Positions 25,501 to 38,913 of a stretch of DNA of 64,000 bases are shown one piece after another. Location of the stretch: NCBI GenBank assembly GCA_036172245.1, contig JAYWIR010000030.1, positions 868,001 to 932,000 on the forward strand, written 5' to 3'. The first letter of the stretch is position 1; each line of letters opens with the position of its first letter. The DNA comes from Raillietiella orientalis (taxonomy: Eukaryota). The position numbers and the translations under genes are program-made. The notes beneath the pieces were generated by a model. It was given only the letters and a program-made list of their open reading frames with translations. It was not told the DNA's origin and did no database searches.

Positions 25501-26957
25501 CTCTCTCTCTCTTTCTCTTCGTGCTCGCTTGTATTGGAGGAAGGCTGGTGGAAAAGAAACCTTCCAAGAAAATCACCTTCAGTCAAAGAATCGGAAGCCG
25601 GTGTGGAGCTCCTGAAGCTGGAGGAACAGAATTTGACCAATCAAAAGCAAATGCATATCTGCCTGCGATGTTGCGGTCGTTGCTCCCCTAAATAAACGAT
25701 TTAGAAGAAGAAATAGCCTCCAGCATTAATCTTCGAAATCGCCCATTTCCTCCAATAATGAGCGATTTGTTTGAATCAGCAGACACGCATGTGGACCCTT
25801 TCCTAATTAAATCCTAAGCATCACAACACTGCTTTCTCTTTCGATTCCAGGATTTTTTCTTTCTCATCTGCCATCGAGCATAAAACACCCACCGAAAATT
25901 TGCGCCCGAAGACTCTGAAGAAGAATTGAGAATTCGAATGAGACGTCATCGAATGAGCCTCAGCTTTATGGCGATGACGTCACGCGCGCACGAGTGGATC
26001 ATGCCGTTTGTGCCGTTTGCTTATTACAATTTCCGTAAAATTCAAAATTCGTGCTGCGAAATGCGAATTCTTCGCTGCCTCCCCCTGCCCTCCATCCGAG
26101 AAGCAAGTAGAAAAAAAAAAAAAAGATTGTAGTGCTCGGAGCACAAAAAGTTTACCTTATCAAGCATCTGGAGCACAAGGATTCTCAAAATAGTACACGG
26201 GGTTTTTCTTTCGGGATGAGGGATATCCGAGTGTGGAAACCTTCATCATATCAAAAATGCGCTTTTGACCGATCTCTGAAAACTTCCCATGTTTTTTGCC
26301 GAAGTGAATCTCAAGGAACGCGAAAAATATATGTATATATTTGGCACGCCTGCTTGCATTCATAGTAAACAAATTTTTTGCAACACACCGCGGCAACCGA
26401 AATTGAATTATTGCTGCAACAAGATCTCCTTGTCACTGGGTGTTCACGAATCGCTCTCTGGGTAAAGTGATAGAGTGTCTCCAAATGCAGTGGACTGCCA
26501 GTCAACTTTGCAAGTGTGGTGATTTGGCTGCATTCAAATACGAACGTGCTTTGTGAAATAGCAAATGCAAATAAAGGGAACGGATCATAAAGGAAGCGAA
26601 CGTATTATTTGCAGTGATAAACGTTTGCTTGCTAATTTTCAAAAGTTAACTTTGAAGGATACGGGATTCGTTCTATGGTTTGACCAGAAGAATACCTAAT
26701 TTCGGGCAATCTAAACCTGGACATATTGCAAACATGCTCGTACTTTCACTTAATAGTTTTAGAAAGCAGAAAGCTTTGCAGAAATGGTCTTCGAGTATCC
26801 TTTTCACATTAACAAGTAATGATTCGTGTATCGCTAATCTAAAATTGTGGTATTTTCCGGACCACGGAGCACGAAGAAGAGTCCCCATATGCCAATGGAC
26901 CCTAACCATAGGAACAACGTCGCTGGCCGTTTCGGCAACGTCAGGATCACTGAAGGG

Positions 26958-28151
26958 TCACCCAGACTCGAACCGGACGAACTTTGTTTTTTTCAAACGC
27001 TTCGCAGTGGGCGAGTCTTCTGGTGAGACTTGCGACTCCAGCACGGTGTTCTCATCTTCTACAGAGTGATTCTCTCTGAAACCTGGACGGTTCTTTTCGA
27101 ACGTTATCCTTTCTGACCATGTATTTCGAAACGATGCAATCTTTTTTCCAGAAAGGAAATCATTTCTGCTTCATTACAATTGGTCCTCATCTGTTCCAAA
27201 CTGAAACAAAGTACGAGAAAACCTGATCTGCAGTCTGAGAAAATTTGCCTCATCTTTCCTGCTTAAAGTTGATCCCAGATGATGCAAGCACAAACTCTCA
27301 GTTCTTAGCAAATTGATTTTAATTGTCTGGTCCAGAACGAAAATCAGAAGATGACCTTCATAAACGATCCCGAGCTTCACTGACTTAGCACGAAGAGCTG
27401 CCGAAGCCATAGGCACTTCTCACTTTTACCCTTTGTTTAATTCCCTTTTGTATTTTTATTCCCGTGTCATCCAACATGGTTGTATCACCAGAGACATGGG
27501 GATTCCTTTGAGTTGCTCTATTCAGGTTATCAATAAGAAAATAATCATCATTATAGCTGCTATGTTTTCTGCCCAAGTTATTTAGGATTTCTTCCGGGAA
27601 GCTGCTCGGCCGAACTCTTCAATGAAAGTAACGCTTTCCCTTCCGGATGCATCGAGCGGACTCACTGTTTCCATGGATACTTACTGAATCAAATTGCAGC
27701 GCGATGTAATTGGGTTTTTGAGATTTTCTCGACTTGTCATTTTGTAGTTGGTAGTATGTAGCTTCAGTACATGGGATGATGCTAAAAGGGGGGGGAGCTT
27801 CTTCCATGGAAGAAAAGGTGTAGGAGAGGAGGATGCGCGCATCTTCTCTTCGACCGATCCCGTGATTCTGAAGGTTACGGGCGACGTACCCCACATGTTC
27901 CGGATAGGTATTCCGGGAATACTGGATATTCGAGAATACCGCCTCCCCTCTGATACGCTTTTCTTTAGCCCCCTTGACACCTTGCCATTCCTCGGGGTCG
28001 TCCAGGATCCTGGGCGTCTGACTGCAATCGCTGTTACGGTTGTGGACACCTTTGGAGGCGAAGGGGAGAGCCGATCCTCCATGCCCTCTTTCCCTCTTCT
28101 GTCTTTTGTCCTTTCTCGCCTAGCGCCGTTGGCACATACCCACAAGGGCAA
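26958..28151 (-). CDS. Candidate orphan spliced gene (3' exons), basic C-terminus ...PTAKRLKKTKFVRFESG*
   Basis: Phase-consistent exons (>=28151)-27685, 27616-27430, 27326-27223, 27165-26958 joined by GT-AG introns of 68, 103 and 57 nt that keep one open frame. Start not identified; no recognised homology. Confidence 0.4.
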
Positions 28152-30701
28152 GTGACGTCCAGGACGATTACCTTTCTTTTGCCCTGGAGCGCTAGATCTG
28201 GCTCTAACTGTGAGCCTATTCCGGAAGGGCCTGCCCCCCAGCTACTCCCAATGCTTCTCAGCAGCCTGCTTGAGCGGTGCTATCCGTTTGTCATGACCCT
28301 CGTCACCCGCTTGTTGGCGCTCGTATTGAAGATGTGACCTAGTGACTTTTCTCCATCTCCCGCACCTTCTTTACGAGCGACCAGTGCCAAGCAGAAGGTT
28401 GAATTGCGTCTGATGCACACACACATGTGATGCCGTGGTGTGAGAACCAAAGGTGTTCGCCGTTGAATAAAGGAAAAAAACAAAAAAACATGCTCCGAAT
28501 CCCGATGCTCCTGAAGCAGGGCTCGGCCTCCTCTTCGTCCGCGTTTTTTTTTAAAGTAGAGATGTCCATGATGCCTTGCGTTGAATTGCTCTCGGGCTCG
28601 AGGTGACTTTTTCTCTCATGCGCGCGTCCACACGTGGATCTCCAAATGAGATCTTGGGATCACTCAGAATCTCTTGAAACTTGCACTTCTCCAACTCATC
28701 CCGACGCATTTTCTCTTGAAATTTTCGGACAAAGTTCCTTCATTTTGCGCATCACAGAATGACTGGTGATACGGGTTTTGCTTCAGAGGGACCATTGCAT
28801 CCGATTCGAATCCAGATTTAAGGATTCGGATTTCGTTTTCTTTCCCCCTTTTTCCTTTTCTTGCATATTCTGAAGTTTCAGTTCCGAGTGATTCATATTA
28901 TCGATGGTTTTGTTCTGTTGCTTTTTTTTGGGGGGGGGGCATCTATTACGCACTTTCCAAACTCAAATGATAATAATACCATGGACTTTGCCGTTCCCTG
29001 ATTCTGATTATTTTTTTATTACCATCACAGAGTGGTCGACTGCCACTACAAGAACTCTCGATAAAGGTTTCCAAACTTTGCTGAATACTTTGGCGTTTTC
29101 AAGATCAATAAGAATAACATTACGCAATGTTAGCCGCTTATGTTTTCAATTGAAGGTTCCCGAGGTACTGCTGAATTATAGCGATGCATTTAAGTGGGAT
29201 ATAGAAACGCAAACAAAAGGAAGGAATCTTCGTGGAACTGCTACTTACTACGGTGTGCTACTGCCAGGTTCCCATCGCACGTCCATGCGTCTGACAACGA
29301 TGGACACCCTGCTGAAGAGAGAACCGTTTTGAAAGAACTTTGAGAGATGGTTTGCCCAAAGAAGTTCGGGAACCGAAAACAAAAAAAAAAAAAAAAAAAA
29401 AAAACGGCAATCCATATTTGACGATATGTTTTCTTCCCGATTTCCAGCATTTCATGGTAACTGTAAACGAAAGAAAAGCATTTAACTCGGTTTCCAAATG
29501 TACTGAAACGAGAACTTTGTGAAGAGAAAAAGACCGTGATGCAATTTCCTCAACAGGGTTGCAAAACCGTACTGAAGGCAAAATTATTATAAAAATGTTA
29601 GCACTCCATTATGAATGCGAAATTAAGTTACAACTTTCTTTCACGTTACGCAAGGTTCTTTAAATGCTTCGTGACTTTGTCCTGTCAATTAAACGTCACA
29701 CTTATTAGGATGGCAGAAGTTTCTTGTGATCTCAAGAACACATATCTAACGTGGAACGGTTTGGTTTGACAAACCGCTGTGGCGACCGGAGGCGGATGGA
29801 AATTCTCTCTTGACAGAAATCCGTCTCTTCGTTGTTGAGTATGCCTTCCGGTTCTTCCAGAGAGTGCAAGACATATGTTTGCCTCTCTCTGTATATCGAA
29901 ATTTCGAACAATCCTCGGTTGGCGTGTAAATCGTGCTGCTCTTGCATGCTGTCCGAAAGATCCTGCAGGAAATTATGTTTTTTTCCCAAGAGTATTTCAA
30001 GTGCAACTATTTTGTTAATAGGTGTCTTCGTACAGACAGCTCTTTCACTGCTTTCTTTAGGACATTGCTGGTACATACAATGCACAGGCAATGCTGATAC
30101 TTATTTTAGCTATTTATTATAAATTCGCGCTAACTTACAAATCTACATTAAAAATCGGCATCAACCTGAGATCAGCTCCATGTCTAAGGCTGCTTTGCTG
30201 TAATCCAAAGTCTGTAGCAGAACGTAGATACAATTTGCAGTTGTGTAAGAGCGTCGGGTTGCCTCTCTTTTTTCCTCTTTCACGAGAGTTTATTTGGAAA
30301 ATTTTCAACCTAATCGGTTAAAATTAAACAGAAATATCGAATACCGTTTTTTTCCCCTCCCCCCCCCCCTTTCCATGTGTTACGTCATAACTTCTGTTTT
30401 GAAAATTTCATTTACGCGAACTCGCGCACATCACGTTGGAAGGCCTGTAGTGGTACAGCGAGTTGCGGACGTTTCTCTCGGTTTGCTGCAAATTCCATGT
30501 TATCAGAGTGCTTTTACGTAAACATTATAGCTGTTACCTTTTCTTTTATAATTATTTGTTGAAAGAAAAAAAAAATACAAAAAACAAAAGATACGGATGT
30601 AGAAATCAGAAAGTTTAGAGAGAGAAAAAAAAAAATATTTGTTGTAGCACTTTTTCCATTTGAATGAATAACGTTTCGTGATCTTGTACACCATTACGGG
30701 A

Positions 30702-33700
30702 ATGAACTACATAGGAAAGTTTCTGAGTAACTTCAAAGAATTTTACAATGAAATAAATGCAGCTACTTTGACTGGTGCGATTGACGTAGTAGTCGTTAAA
30801 CAGCCCGATGGGACCCTGAAGTGCTCACCTTTTCATGTTAGATTCGGAAAATTAGGTGTCTTGAGGTCTAGAGAAAAAATAGTAAGTGGAGTAAGCAAAA
30901 ATAGTGTTTTCAGGTGCTCACTACTGTAATAATAATGACAGTCAATTTTTTCTCATAGATAGATATCGAGGTGAATGGAGAACCTGTGGATATACATATG
31001 AAATTAGGAGAAAATGGAGAAGCGTTTTTTGTGGAGGAAATAAAAGATTATGATCCCCCTTATCCAGATTATTTAATAACGTCACCAATACCTACTGAAT
31101 TGGTTATGAGAACAAGTGTAATAAATTTACTTAGAATTTCATTTTAAAGTTTCCATTATTCCAATTACTGGATGTTTGATCATCAGTTTTTTGTTGTAGG
31201 AATCCAGCGTTGAAGACAGTCAACTTCTAATTAATTGCAGTGAGGTATTATTTCACAGTGACCATGGTAAAATTGGATGATGTGACTTGTTGGTAAATTT
31301 CTTTTTTGCTTAGAAAGTGAAAATGATAGCAAGACTCAGTGTTTCAAGCCTATTCATCTTCCAACGTCACAGCATGAAATGTCTACAAATACAGGGCTTG
31401 AGGATTCACAGAGGAGCCTTATTTCATCTTATGAGGACAGCAGAAATCGTAGAAAGAAAAAAAAGAAGTAGGTGCTGCATTTTATGTATTTCTTAAAATT
31501 CTTTGCCCATAGGAAAAAGCACAAGTTTGATTTCAATGATTGTTTAAATGAAATAGAGGTTGAAACTGATCCTATCACGACTATAGCAGAAATAGCAGAA
31601 AATGAAAGGAGCCCATCAAATGCCAAACAGAAAGTAGTGGAAAATCTTTCTTTCAGTCATTCTCCTGTATTAAAGAAGTTTCGTCGTACAAACATGTATC
31701 GTGCTGGTTATGTATTAGAAAAGCATCCATCCAGTGATACTGATCTTTCTGCTGTGATGAGGTCTGATTAAGTTAAACCACTGAATTTGAGGTGGATTTG
31801 GGTTACTTCTTATGTAGCCCCATGGAAAGCCGTCCACAGAGCCCTGTAAAGTCTGATACTGAATTTGAAATGAACCGAACACCTATCACCCATGAAGAAG
31901 ATACATGGTCATGGAACTGGGGGCAGTTGCCAACTCCCCCCAGTAATATACAGCACTCTTCAGAGTATTTGCATACAGTGGATGATGTCATGGAACACAT
32001 GGATTTAGTTTCTGGTAAGTAGAGAGGTTAATCAAGATCTACAGTTCAAAGGTGTACATAGAAGAGCAGAAATCTGTTTTGACTGGTGTATTAAATTTTA
32101 TGAAGGGCCATAAAAAAGATTCCTGTCAGGGTAATCAAGGAATATACCTTGAACAATTAGATCCAGATGGGTTAGATCCAGAAATGGCATCACTTTATTT
32201 GTCTTCTTCTCACCACAGGCAGCCTTCTGGTAAGTTACAGTGTGTTTAGACAAATCCAATGTTCAGGATGCATGTTGGAGGCCATGAAGATAAAGAGGTA
32301 TCAGAAATAGAGCCTTCAAGTCATGGTTTGAACTCTGCAATAACTCCAGACTTAAAGGAGAATACAGTTTTGGATCATGCACTGTTGATCTTGAAAAACT
32401 GGTAAGTGTTAGGAGTAATTATGTCTTTTACGATTTATGCCTAGTGGTTATGATGATCTTGCACTGTCTATATGTGGAGATACTGTACTCCAGGAAGATC
32501 CTTCTTCAAAATCACATGAAATTTTTGAAAAGAACATTGTAACCTGGGAATCATTTGTTGAGAATCCAGAAATGTTACATAGTCCTGATGCAGTATTACG
32601 CCTTGGAGGCAAGTACTACAACTGGGCAGCAGGATCTATCTTGCTTATGTCTGTTCTCTTGTTTCAACAATGCTTGCCTAAGGTATGATTCATTGAGTCC
32701 TTGCATTCGTAAACTTTTGTATCAAGGTTCAGCAGGATGTTCTGCTTCAGAAATTGATGCCTCGAAAAAAGAGTAAGGAAGAGAGCCGTGGCTGGTTCAG
32801 TGGATGGCGTCGATCAGCAGTCAAAGTGGAACCAAAGGTGAAGTAAATACTTGTTGATGTTAAATAATTATTTTTGAAAAGCCCACGATAAAAGGAATCA
32901 AGGAGGAAGAAACACGACGTACACGAAGTCGTTCAATGGGGGAACGGCCCTCCATTCATGCAGATTCAGTTCAGTCAGGTTTCACAAAAAGTACATCTCC
33001 TGCTTCAGATGTGTCTAGTCAAACACATACATCAGAGGTTTTCACTAATGCTGCACATTCACAAGAGCTGGAACCAAACAGTGAATGCTATCGTAAATCA
33101 CTCCGTTTATCATCAGAAGAATTGGTGTGTATTGTGGATTTTACAAGGAAACACTCTGTTATTAACTTTAGTTGCACTTGAAACTTATAGATGGTATCAA
33201 TGAAGTTATGTTCAGTGTCACTACGGCTTACCAGGGAACCAGTCGCTGTAAATGTCATGTTTATCTTTGGAATTATGATACCCGGATTATCATCAGTGAC
33301 ATTGATGGCACCATCACCAAATCTGATGTCTTAGGACACGTTCTTCCAATTCTTGGAAAAGACTGGGCACAAGGAGGAGTGGCCCATCTTTACAGCAAAA
33401 TTCGCAACAATGGATACAGTTTCTTGTATTTATCAGCACGTGCCATTGGACAAGCACATGTAACACGGGAATATCTTCGTTCAATTAGGCAAAATGACAT
33501 TGCTCTTCCAGAAGGTCCTTTACTGTTGAATCCAACATCATTAATGAATGCATTGCATAGGTAAATCATTAATTCTGGTAATATTTATAACAGGCCATTA
33601 AAGAGAAGTTATTGAGCGTAAACCCGAAGATTTCAAGATTCCTTGCCTTAAAGATATTCAGAGTTTATTTCCACAGGGTTCCAATCCATTTTATGCTGGA

Positions 33701-34004
33701 TTTGGAAACAAAATGAATGTAAGATTCATCGAAACAAGTACGGTTATTTAGATTATTGCAGGATGTTTGGACTTATCGAGCTGTTGGTATTCCAATTTCA
33801 AGAATATTTACCATAAATCCCAAAGGGCAGCTGAAGCATGAGCTGAATCAGACCTTCCAATCCTCGTATTATGACCTCACAACAGTGGTTGACCATGTTT
33901 TCCCGCCATTTCAATACTGTGAAGAACAATTGGGTTATTCTTCTTTCATGTATTGGCGTTTGCCAATTTTGGAACTTCCGGTGAATAAATGCGAAGAAAA
34001 GTGA
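30702..34004 (+). CDS. Lpin: Lipin (phosphatidate phosphatase), multi-exon
   Basis: [63 protein letters not shown] (exon 30702-30881) then [27 protein letters not shown] (from 30959). Polybasic RNRRKKKK (~31442-31520), [13 protein letters not shown] with catalytic DIDGT (33298-33312) and LGHVL, YAGFGNK, stop at 34002-34004. One or two central junctions are ambiguous. Confidence 0.97.
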
Positions 34005-37000
34005 TTCCTTATGCTAGGAGCACCCATGAAGAAGTTAAATTCTTGAGGTACAAACAGAGTTGTTTGTGCATTGTATGTACTAGCAATATCCTAATACTAG
34101 AATATAACCGTTGGTTGCTCTTTTATTTATGGCAGTTCATACTGTGTAAGAGATTATTGATAGGATGGCAATTTTTGTTTCCTGTTTCTTTTTTTATTTT
34201 TTTTTACAACGGTAACACGTGAAAAGTAATGTACGGTTATCGAAACAGGCTCATTTTGTGCATCCTCTCAACAGTTTCCCCAAATAAATGTATTTCACAT
34301 GAAGAGCTCGTCGATTCTTTTTCCGAATTTTCTCCAAACTCGAGAGGCGGAAACGAAACTTTTTTCATGCCTGTGCGTGTTTTCCACGTCTCGAAATCAG
34401 CCACATTCAACCACCTTTGGACACGGTTTTGCACAGGGACGGGGGGAAGAGGAGCCGTTCACGAGCTTCCGCATCGAGGGATCGCCGATCCCCCCCTACA
34501 GGCTTGGCGCAATCGGAAGGGCTGGACGTGCGCGGCGGCGGTTTCGCGCCCCGGGCGCATCCTCCCCCGCTCCAACCTTCCCTCCGTCCAAGGGCCGTGG
34601 CGGCTCCGCAAGCATGTGGGAACCCTGCCTCCCGCGGTTCAGGGTTCCCAGCATCGTCCGGCAGTCGGAAAATGCTGGTCGCGACGCGGGCCGACGACGG
34701 GATCCGCCAAGCAGCAGCGCGGCAGGCAGCTTCTGCGTCCCTGGTCTCCCGGGCCATGCGATTTGCCACAGGAGTGTGCAACGTGCACGGAGCTCGAAAA
34801 CGGTTCTCTCCTCCGCGCTTTCCTCCCCGCCATCCACCTGGCTCCGAACGCAACGTAGCGAAATTATTAATGGAGAGAAAAAAAAAAGAAAAAAGGCTGC
34901 AGCATTGACGTATCATCTTGAGCGAATCTGTGCATCACCAGAGAAGCGGGAAATGAATGAAATTTTGCATATGGTGCCAGCACCTCGAAGTAGAATTTTG
35001 AAAAGACTGTTGTCACGGAACTGATCGTGGTTTCCGTCATGCGCGTTTAGTGGACGATCCACATGAAACATTCAGATCAATTTATTTCAACTGCAGATTT
35101 TTGAAACCTTGAAAATATCTCCAGATAGTCGAAAGGATCACCGATTTCGATGGTTTTTCTAAAGAAACACCTCGTCGGGTCCAGAATATACAGTTTTACC
35201 GTTACTTGGAGGTAGCAAATGAATCAGTAGTGTTAAAGGGTTGACTTCTCCATGAGTGACGGAACAGAAATAAATTAAAACGAGAAGAGTTTATTCTATA
35301 AACTCCAAGGGCACCATCTCTCAAGTTTGGTTTCGACGGCATGACTTTGTTCATACCTAATTTTTCTCTACACCTTGCATATCAAATGTACAACATTTTT
35401 GAAAAGCTAAAGGTGTACAAGCATTACTACACTCTGCCTTTTATGATTGCACAACAAACTCCAGATGAATATGGAAGAGCATCAATTTCCCTCCTCCCCT
35501 CTTCCAAACTGGAAAACAGGTGCGAAAAGCTAAATTTGCAAAGGGCAGTAAAGAATTGGAAAATTTGTCAGAGAAGAATTTCAACATTTCACTTCAATTA
35601 CAGAAACTCAAAAATAAAATCGCAGTGCAAAGTAGATTTCCTAATTTTTTGAAGAGAAGATAAGTGGATCGGTTGCATTTTTATAGGAAACTGTAATCTC
35701 AAAATCACAATTCACTTTTGCATATCAGAAGTCTGGGAAGAGTGTCTTAAATATCTAATTTAGTCTGATAGTCACAGGCAGCGATACGAACAGAATAGAT
35801 TCTGTTCATATCACTGTTTATTACTATCAATATCGTACGACTACATGTTTCAGGTCAACGTATTTTTCCGATCTGTGTGTGTGTGTGTGTTTCTTAATAT
35901 TAAAATATACTTAAAATGAGAGTAAGCATATTCAAAATATTGAATGGAAATGTCCATTGTCAATTGTCAATATGCTTACGATTGGCCGAAGCACTTTTCG
36001 TTTCATTTAAATTTATAGGAAATATCGAAATGTGCCCAGGGACTTCATTATCTTAGCTTATCTCTCTACTCGAATATTAATTTATGAGGTTCTTTAAACT
36101 AGTATTCTTTAGAGCATGTTTCCACTGGCACCCGAAAGACGAAAATCGAGTAGCCATGCAAACCTGACAACTTTACGCATCTATTATTTGCATCTAATCG
36201 ATTATTACTTTCAGCATCGAAAATAAAATGATTAAAGGTTGATATCTTTTGATCTAGGTGAAAGTCCCACGAAGTTTGCTGTTTAGACTCTGTTGCTCGT
36301 TTTAAACTAACTAATCACATTTCTTACACTTGGAAGTCTGTAAGGATTTTAGAGCAAACGTTTGAAGAGTCATTTCTATTCTTTTCTCTGAGACAGAAAT
36401 CGAATTTTTTTAATGTCTCCACCAATTCTATTAATATATCATGGGTTCACTATTTATATCTGTTTCACAAATGATCTTTGCTAGCATTACTGGATACGTG
36501 TCAATCTTTTCAACCAGAGGAATTTAGTCTGCGACATTAGACATTCCAGTTGTAGATTATTTTAAAGTTTTGGATTTGTTCATTATATGCGACTGTAAAT
36601 ATGAAAATTATGCTTAATGTTCAAATTTCCAATTTTACAGTTGATTTGTGTCAAGCTGTATTGATAAAAATCAAGAATCAGGAACAGTTGGAGGCTTCAA
36701 TGTTAGCGTTAAGATGGAGCATAAAAGTTTAGGGAATGATTTATCTTTAACAGATTGCTATTTTTGAATGTAATTACAACGAACACATACATCCTTTAGT
36801 TCCCTCGGGGCTCCTCCGTTGATTCTTCCACACATTCCTCCCAGCGATATCCAGAAGACTTCAGACCACAGGTCATCTTGCTCATGATTGTTTAGGGTCT
36901 CTCCCCTTATCCCTGAGTACCCTGCTGTTACGGATTCTTATTCAGACATTTCATAGTTTGAGTTGTTCGTTATGTTAGAATGTAGTATTCCATTTTATTC

Positions 37001-38165
37001 TTGAGAGTACTGCTCTTTCTTTTCTTTATCGGAAACTGTTGATCAAATATATATCTGTCTTAACAGCGAAATTTCGAAATGATTTTCTATATCACCTTTA
37101 GAAAATAGCCATATTTGTCAAAGTGTATATGGTGTGTAAATGATGACAGTGTGTGCATATTTCTTGATTTCCTATGAATATTAAGGAAGCGAAGTCAGAG
37201 AAAACAATAAAATATGATATGTTTACGAAATAGCAGGCTGTTTCTGGGTTTGACGTTTGCAGATTTGTTTTGTGTCTATTTGTTAAGATTTCATTAAACT
37301 GTTCCTAAGTTTGACACTTTCCGATTATTATCGAAAAATTATGATATAATTCCTGCTGATTAGTTCATAGAAAACAGATCGTATTGTGAATGAAAAATAA
37401 TTCGGTTTCTAATAGTCAGCAACATATGTTGATGCTCATGCTTGAGTCAAAATCAAGATTTCATCATCATCATCACGTACATATTGTATAAATGTCATTC
37501 ATGAATCTGGTGGGCATGGCCAGATGGCAAAAGTCAGGTGACATGTGAATATACATTCAAAAAAGAAGTTCGTATACCTTTGCGTGTTCATACAATTGTT
37601 TCTGTTCAACGTATAATTCTTTCATACTGCTATTTTGAAAGAATTTTACACTCATACACTGTATGTCAACACATAAATACATCGGAAAGCACATTTCCGT
37701 GCTGATACAGGTCATATGCATTTACCAGCACCTGATCAATTCGAAATTTTTTCATTAGAAATTAAGCATCATAAGGTTTAATGAAGCGTCGGTTTATTGG
37801 GCAATATATGTGTTGGAAATATTGTTAAAAAAAGAACTTCTCATGTTTATAATAGTTTCATTTACTTTAATTTTCTCAAGTGAAATCACCACAATTGACT
37901 ACATGAATGAAGTTCACTTAATTAATGTGGAGATTATGTTTTTTGCCGATTTGAATTATTTTGGTGTGAACTTTGAAGAATTCATAATCACTCAATTCGC
38001 TTGTATATGCAAGAAACTCGAAAGGGCTTTATCAAGCTAATGCTAGCAAATGTTGGTAACCGTGCTACCAGCTTCTTGGACTCGTTGCTGCAAACTTGAA
38101 AGGTAAATGTTTTCAGACTTTGCCTGGTACGCTTTAAATGAATTGAATCAAGAAGACTTTCCACA

Positions 38166-38887
38166 ATGTCTTGTGTACCATCTGGGTCGTTTAGAAGATG
38201 CGTGGACACCGTCTTTCAAAAATGGAGTTCTTTCCAGGTAAAGGAAATACAAAACTGTATTCCTATATAAAATGCTCTAGTTAGCGATAGCCGAGAACAT
38301 GGGTGGACCCAACATTTCGAATAAAGTGGAATGGTTTATTAATGTGTCTGCAGAGTTTTTCTATCATAATGGTGATCAACATAATGCGTAAATCTTAATT
38401 ACAGTGTTTACAAATTTCGAGATTAAAACTCAATATTTGAAATATTTATCTAATTTATTGCAAAAAAAATTGAAAACGCCTTCCCCCATCAACAGAGAAC
38501 TTACACCCAGATGAAGTATCTGACTTTTTGGCTACAATACTAAATAACGAATTTGACACAATTTGTGAAGATGGATCTGTGGAAATGGCTTCATCTGTGT
38601 TATGTGATCTCTTCATACTCATCAGTAATCAGCAAGAATCAGAAGCAATGAAACGGCTGGAAAATTTGCCTAACTGCTCCTTCAAGCACTTTTCCAAAGC
38701 CAAACAGGTATTGCCTACTTAGAATTTTTAAATGCTCTAATGCATTATTTAGGAAGCTCAATCCTCTGATAGTGAAATAGAGGATGCAGGTGAAACAGCA
38801 ATGGATACAGATGCTACTGATAACAAAGAGGCTGTCAATACTGAAGATGAAGATGGATGGACATATGTCACTGGGAAGAGGCGATAG
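38166..38887 (+). CDS. TSR2: Pre-rRNA-processing protein TSR2 homolog
   Basis: Exons 38166-38237, 38281-38371, 38496-38707, 38753-38887: ...FQKWSSFQLAIAENMGG...EVSDFLATILNNEFDTICEDGS..., acidic tail ending EDEDGWTYVTGKRR*. Matches the WGG-domain family pattern. Confidence 0.9.
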
Positions 38888-38913
38888 AAGGATTTGGTAT
38901 CTTTGGCATGCGA

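Noticed and set aside
26673..26960. Open frame continuing after the TGA at 26958-26960 (selenocysteine or readthrough)
   Set aside because: No SECIS or redox motif recognised; a plain stop is more parsimonious.
32230..32266. Apparent 37-nt lipin intron
   Set aside because: That acceptor puts the next exon out of frame; a later acceptor (32280 or 32289) restores the frame, so the junction is unresolved.
36200..36960. Exon-like fragments between lipin and TSR2
   Set aside because: Could not assemble a consistent model without implausibly short (~20-24 nt) introns.
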